A stretch of 62,524 nt of DNA, the filler included, from Aduncisulcus paluster (Eukaryota): assembly GCA_024181965.1 (NCBI GenBank). It is 8 parts of 7 records of this genome, joined end to end, with 100 filler letters (N's around TTAATTAATTAA, not from the genome) between each part and the next. Parts side by side here need not be neighbours in the genome. Positions count along the whole stretch, not along the records: positions 47,432 to 57,935 come from BQXS01011329.1; positions 58,036 to 62,524 come from BQXS01011330.1; 6 more parts are not named here. One strand, given 5' to 3'. The translations under genes were made by a program, and so were the position numbers. Position 1 is the first letter of the stretch. Each line of letters starts with the position of its first letter. Of this stretch, positions 56,111 through 62,524 are shown one piece after another. The notes beneath the pieces are model-generated. The model was not told the DNA's origin and ran no database searches. It saw nothing but the letters and a program-made list of their open reading frames with translations.

Positions 56111-57032
56111 AAAATAAATATTGATTGTATAAATATGTTATATATAAGTATGTTTAAGAATAATAAAAGATATAAAATCCTTGAATTTTAATGATTGGTT
56201 CCAAAACAGAAAAATAAAATTATCTCATTATATTTCGTATATTTTCCTTTCTCTCTTTGTAAAATATAATAAACTATGAATTGAAGAAGTATTTACCTTA
56301 ATAAATTGGTGAAAAAATGCATATTAACAAAGATGACGAGGTTCGGAAATTCCCCCGGGAATGGGATTTCACGAGCTATTTTGATAAAAACAAAATTTTT
56401 TTTATTATGATATTTAATCTGAAGATGGAATAGATACCAAAAATAAAGCCATCAACAAATCAAAGTGACGTTTTTCTCCACTTCTCAGAGGCTCAAATTG
56501 CTCAGCAATCTTACTAGAGGCTCTAATAAGGAATATCTTTGTTGATTTCAAGTTTCTTCAAGCGAAAAATGTTGAATAAATACATAGTTTGTTTGATAAT
56601 GGAATAATATGGAAATAATACTTCGTGAATATGAAGTTTTTTATAGCTTGTTTGATCTTTTTCCTGCAGCCACGCCCTACTGAAAAGAAGGGTTTTGTTT
56701 TTCTTCATGTTGGGGGGGGAATTCTGAACTTAAGCTCAAAAATAATATTAGAATTGCACTCACAAATAAAGCAAAATAATATTTCAATACAAAAATAGAT
56801 AATAAATCATATAAGGTTGATTAATGAATCATCCGAATGATGATAACCATTAAACAGCGAATAATAATAATAAAAGGTAAAGCAAATTAAAATGTAATAA
56901 AGATTGGAGAAGAAATACAAGAGAATTATGTAAAAAACGAAGATTTGAAGTTTAAATTTAAAAAATATATATAAAAAAATGTAAATATAAGCATATAAAT
57001 TAAATTTATCGGTATATTTACATGAAGAGAAC

Positions 57033-57035
<3 letters not shown>

Positions 57036-57080
<45 letters not shown>
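57036..57080. repeat. (GA)n microsatellite
   Basis: About 22 AG units with one interruption, just past the 57094 stop codon. Confidence 0.95.
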
Positions 57081-57081
<1 letters not shown>

Positions 57082-57093
57082 TAAGAAACTTAT

Positions 57094-57935
57094 TCATTTC
57101 CAAGTAAATCCGCCATTGATTTCTTTGAGAATTCCCAATTCCACCAAAGCTCGAACAATCCATCGTGGGCGAATTCCAACAGTTTTGTTCACGACTCCTC
57201 TTTGATGCCTTGGTGAAGAGAAAGTACTAGCAGACATACTTGGTGAATGAATCGACTGAGAAAACGAACAAGCCGAGTAAGAAGAGGAAGAGGAAGCGGA
57301 AGAGGAAGAAGAGGAAGAGGAAGAGGAAGAGGAAGAGGAGGAGGAACGATGTCCATTTCCTGTTGCGAAATCATTCCATGAAGAACAAGCTCTCTTGGCA
57401 ATACGCATAACTACACTATGCTTGAGTGACATGTCAGACGGTTGAACGGAAGAAGAAGAAGAAGAGGAGGAGGAGGAGGAGTAGGAAGAAGGACGAGAGA
57501 GAGGAGAAGTGCAGGAACCACCAATTGTATCAGATGGAACCTTGCCGCATTCATGGGATGAAGAATATCTACTCACACAATCCTCGATCAATCCAACAAT
57601 TTCATCGTCATCATTGCCATAGGATCTGCATGGATAGCCGTCTTGACTGAGAACTATCTTTCCGGAAGCTTCAGATACTCGACTTCCAAAGTCCTTAATC
57701 GATGTTAAAATAAGTTGGTTAAGCTCTCTTATACACGCATTAAGCGGAGAAACAGAGACATACCGACGTGTGGCAGGACGAAGCCTCTGAACATCGGCAC
57801 GGGTCACAGTTGGGAGAAGAACAGCTTGTTTGACTGTTTTGGAGACCTTGTCAAGGACGGACGGGGATAGAATATCCTTCGTGAGTGTGGACCGTCCTGA
57901 AGCAAAGAAAGAAGGAATTGACTTGACACTTGATT
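57094..57935 (-). CDS. C-terminal fragment of a Ser-rich protein, possibly the tail of the adjacent CHD gene across the gap
   Basis: Frame open from the gap edge to the stop at 57094. Same strand and composition as the 3'-truncated CHD ORF. Confidence 0.6.
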
Positions 57936-58035
57936 NNNNNNNNNNNNNNNNNNNNNNNNNNNNNNNNNNNNNNNNNNNNTTAATTAATTAANNNNNNNNN
58001 NNNNNNNNNNNNNNNNNNNNNNNNNNNNNNNNNNN

Positions 58036-61000
58036 AGCATCCTTCCGCTTTTGACGGGCATTCATTTTTTCTTCATGTGCCAAACGCTCTTCTTCTCGAC
58101 GTTTAGCTTCAACTTCACCCAACAGTGCACGCCAAAAGCCAGCTTTTCCACCAGCGGAAGAGGAGGAGGACGAAGATGAAAGAATCGGATTTGTGACCTC
58201 TCCTTCCTTAATTGTGAAATCAGCCACCTTGAAAGCGCTAAATATAGAATCTGCAGCCGAACTCTTAGTAATTCTCTTTGACTTTGACTTCTTGGCTTTA
58301 GAACGAGAAGATATATGTTTGTTATTTTTCTTTCCTTTTGCTTCCTTTCTACCTTTCTTTTCCTTATCTTCCTCTTCCTCTTCCTCTTCCTCTTCCTCTC
58401 CATCTTCCTCTTCTTCTTCTCCCTTCTCTTCCTCTCCATCTTCCTTCTCTTCCTCTTCTTCTCCGTCTTCATTTTCAATATTTAGCAGTTCTTCTACTCT
58501 TTCTTTTGTATATTCAATAACTCCGTGATCGCTTGTCAAGGTAACTTTTTCCTTTCTCAACAGAGACTCACAAGCTTCTTGGGCAAGTCGATCCGCTTCT
58601 TCGTCACTCTTTCTCTTTTTCTTGCTGGCCTTGAATACGCGCTGATATTCTTCCTCTTGCTTCTTTTCGATAGCAATTGTATCTTCAAAGATATCTTCGG
58701 CTCCATACTTCATAATGTCATCAATATCGCTCTTTGAAAGTCTGTCTCGACTTGAAACAATATGCGACAGAGCCAATTTTCTCTTCCCAACTTCAACAAT
58801 CTTTTGTTCCACACCACCTCGAACAAACATTCGGTAGACTCGAACTTTGTTCTTCTGGCCCATACGATAAGTCCTAAATAACGCCTGAATATCCATGTGG
58901 GGATTCCAGTCATTGTCGTATATGATCACAGTGTCGGCGGCCGTCAGGTTGAGACCCACACCTCCGGCCCTTGTGCTAATTATAAAAGCATGGAAAGGGG
59001 AATGAGGAGACTGGAAGGAATCAATCAGGTCTTGTCTGTCAGCTGGCTTGGTCGTTCCATCGAGTCGCAGGAACTCAATTGATCCAAGAGAAAAACAACA
59101 AGCAATGACATCAAGTGTCATCCTGAATTGGGAATATATCAAACATCTTCGTCCTTGTCTAACAAGACCCTTGACCATCATATATAGCACAGATAGCTTA
59201 CTGGAACTTCCGAGAAGGATGGAAAGAGATGTTTTTGGAGAAGGTGAATACTGGAGCTCATTCAAACGTTGTTTATAATTCCTACTCACGAGCAAGGAAT
59301 GGTTACATAACTTCCGAAGAGCAGAGAGAACATTCGTCAGAGAAGTTGTTGCTCCAGTTGCATGAAGAAAAGCTTGATAATCCCTCTCGATAATTGATCG
59401 ATACACCAACTTTTGCTCACTGAGTAAATCAACAGGAATCAAAATTTCAACTTTTGGGGGGAGTTTAAGAACGTTTTTACCTTTACGCATTAACAAATGT
59501 GGCTTCAAATCTTTCTTAAGCTCTGAAATATCATCTTCACTCAACGTATGATCAGTGTCAAGTGAAGCCGCTTTCTTTCCAAATTTAGAATAGTCGAGGA
59601 ACGAACATATATTGTAAAGCTCTTTCAGGTTGTTCTGAATTGGAGTCCCAGTGAGGAGAACGGTATGACGTCTTTTCATCTCATTCATTTGCTGGTATTT
59701 AACACCAGTTTCTCCTTTCTTCAAGATATGTGCTTCATCTATCACCATGCAGGTATATGTGGCTTTCTTAAAAGGTTTTGGAAGCTTTCCAATCATATCA
59801 TACGTCGTAATAATGACATCAATTCGCTGATCGAATGGATGACCATCAATTTCTTTTTTAGAGGTCGATTTCACACGTTTGGAAGTTGTTTGGTGTTTTG
59901 GATTCCGTTTTTGAGAGGTTTTGGATCTCTTCTTTGACGATTCATTTGTCTTAGATTTGCTTATATTTCTTTTCTTTGAATTTGATCTGGTTTTCGAGCG
60001 TTTGTCCGATTTCTTCTTAGCTTTTTCATCCTCCTCTTCCTCTTCCTCTTCTTCTTCCTCTTCTTCTTCCTCTTCCTCTTCTTCCTCTACTTTCTGAGTT
60101 GAATGTTCATCATCTTCCCATATTCCAATCTCATAATATTCCAAATGGCTGCGATCTTCACTGTTTCCATGGATACATATGACATTCAGGAATGGAGCCC
60201 ATTTCAAGACTTCACGTTGCCAATTTCTCATAGTACTTAGCGGACATATAATGATAAATGGTCCTTCCTCGTCCAATTCCATTAAATAACTCAAAAATGA
60301 TATGATTTGGATTGTTTTCCCAAGACCCATCTCATCTCCGAGAATAACATTTGTCTTGTTCAGAAAAGACGTAACCAGCCAATTAACTCCCTCCATTTGG
60401 AAAGAATGTAATTTGAGATGGGGAACTCTGATTGTTTGCGTACCAACGGTTGATAATTCCCGTTTGGAAGGAATGTGATCGTTGGTACCAATTCCAAGAT
60501 ATGGAGGAGTATTAATAAGTAAATGGGGTGGATTCTTGGAAACATACTCATCACGACATGTCAAGAAATAGTGAGATTGGATAAGTCTATTTTTAGAAAT
60601 CAGTGTTGAAAAATATTGAACAATCAAAATTGGATTGAAGAAGCTAATAATCTCAAAGGAGGCCTTTGTGCACTCTGAATAAGGCAACCCAAGCCATTTC
60701 ACAAGCAAAATGAGACGAGGTGGTTTTGGAATGGATATAGATTCGATATCATCAATCGTTTTGGAGTCGGAACTTGTTAACCTCCTTCGTTTCCCCCCCT
60801 TTGATTTCCGTGAGCTTTTCTGATCATGTTTCGTCATTTTCCCCCACCTATCGCTCAATTCGACTGCATGCTTCCCCCACTCCCAAATATCCTCAACCTC
60901 TTCATCTTCCCCTAACCCCTTGCTCTTCTTCTTGCCTTGTCCAGTTTCACACACTTCATGGGCAATTATTCTCTCCGGAAATAGATGAGTGTAAGGCACT

Positions 61001-62524
61001 CCATAATGTACAAGAGTCTTCATCCGATGTTGCAGGTATTTTCTTCGGTTGTGACTCAAGGATAGCAAAGATAGAATCGAAAGAATCTCTTCCTTACGAA
61101 GCAAAGAGAGCAAGAGAATACAATGCGAAGGAAGAGAACGGAGAGCAGGTATCAATGCTTCAAGACTCAGTGGAGAGGAAGGAGGAAGAGATTTGAAAAT
61201 GTCAGAGATGAATGTCAAAGGAATAGGACTCGGTATTGACAATAACGGGTCATCGATGGATGATATTGAAGGTAATGAAGCATCAATAATCGTTGAAGCA
61301 CGGCTAGATCTCGTGACAGCACCCACATTACCTCCAATAGACGATGGTTTTGAGCTGCCTTTCGCCCTCTTTGGCAATGGAGATGGCGGTCGAGATGAAT
61401 GTGGACTTGAGGGATTGGATATAGGAGGCGTGGAATCAGAAGGGTGTTCAGATTCTTCTTTCATCTTCTCCTCTCGAAGCCATTCCTCAGCAATCTTTTT
61501 CTTCCACCAAGCTGCTTGTTTCTCTTCTTCAACATCTTTTCCAAGACCATCGTTTCCCTGTCGACCATATGTTTGTCTCCTATTCCCACCTCTTGATTGA
61601 GCTCGTAATTTCTTGTCTCTCTGAGTCGACGGGTCAACCATGCGACCAATTGGCGTGGAATCTCCATAATTCTCTCTGATTTTCCTCTCAAAAATCTCTA
61701 CTCGCTTCAAACCCCACAATACAACAAGACGTCTCCGTGATATACAAACACACTCGTGCGGAGAACACGGAGGTGGCGAGGGAGGAAGAGAGCGGAAAGA
61801 GGAAGAGGAAGAGGAAGAGAGTTCCATTTTCTTGCCACTTTCATATTCAAACGTTGGCAGACATACAAACAAGGCAATATCACTATAAGTAAGTGGAAGA
61901 GGAGGACGAAGAGGAGAAGAGGAAGAGGAGGAAGGGCGACTATAGAAATACGGGAGAAGAGAAGAAGACACAGAGGAAATGGTCTCCATTTTTGATTGTG
62001 GTTTGGATTTGTGACCCTTTTTAGCTCTTTTCTTCTCAATTTTATGCCTTCTCTCAATTTCTAGCTTTTTCAGCCCATCTTCATGTTTTTTCCTCATTTT
62101 CTTTTCATCTTTCCCTTCTCTTGCTCGCATACTAATCTTTTGACTTTCAATGATATCAGAAATATCAGATCTTCCCATAATCTTGATGCCATAAACTCTC
62201 TCAATGCTTCCTCCATCACATTGACACAAACGGCACAGAAAATCTTTTTCATATACACGAGGTTCATCACGGGTAGCCATGGGAAGGAAAGAAAGATCGA
62301 TATTGTGACCAACAGACTTCTTGATATCTTGTTCAAGCTGCTTTCGACGCCATCTGAGGACATTATCCGTATTATATGGGTCTATACCACCCACACGAAG
62401 CGCCAGAGCACTCCCATCACACGAAGGGTGATAGTACATCCCACAGTTACAGCATTTCAGCATGAGTTTCTTATCCCTTCTTCCACACACGAAGCAGCGT
62501 TCCCAAGCACATGTTTCACAATAC
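58036..62524 (-). CDS. CHD-family (PHD + chromodomain) SNF2 chromatin remodeller, both ends truncated
   Basis: PHD CFVC...CCNC...YHPSC...CRLC; chromodomain LLVKWLGLPYSECT; helicase motifs LGDEMGLGKT, IDEAH, LTGTPIQN and STRAGGVGLNLTAADTVIIYDNDWNPHMDIQA. Confidence 0.93.

Overview
Gene-dense, AT-rich eukaryotic (protist) genomic DNA from a draft assembly. Eight contig pieces are joined by 100-nt linkers (N44-TTAATTAATTAA-N44), and seven 20-N gaps are flanked by duplicated sequence (assembly artefacts). About 22 protein-coding genes, several truncated at gaps: a pseudokinase/Zn-finger/Gly-rich protein, condensin II kleisin NCAPH2, Mak11/PAK1IP1, an ABCG half-transporter, Dopey, a type II membrane protein with phage tail-fibre-like motifs, Rce1, an SLC13/DASS transporter, a bacterial-type proline racemase-family enzyme, Blm10/PA200, SPX-EXS (XPR1/SYG1), NAGK, LRRC34, WDR31, a CHD remodeller and several coiled-coil or hypothetical proteins. 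Four short GT-AG introns were reconstructed by hand. Mobile DNA: a 114-bp hAT-type MITE with an 8-bp TSD, and two inverted, 5'-truncated copies of the 3' end of a probable RLE-type non-LTR retrotransposon. Most notable observations: an NAGK that gains an N-terminal signal peptide once spliced, a proline racemase homologue with a remodelled active site, +1 frameshifts at trinucleotide repeats in two genes, an ambiguous ATGA/intron junction, and a structured ncRNA candidate. A recognisable expanded gene family suggests a free-living fornicate metamonad (Aduncisulcus-like); this is inference from memory, not a database result. No rRNA, tRNA or CRISPR array was seen.
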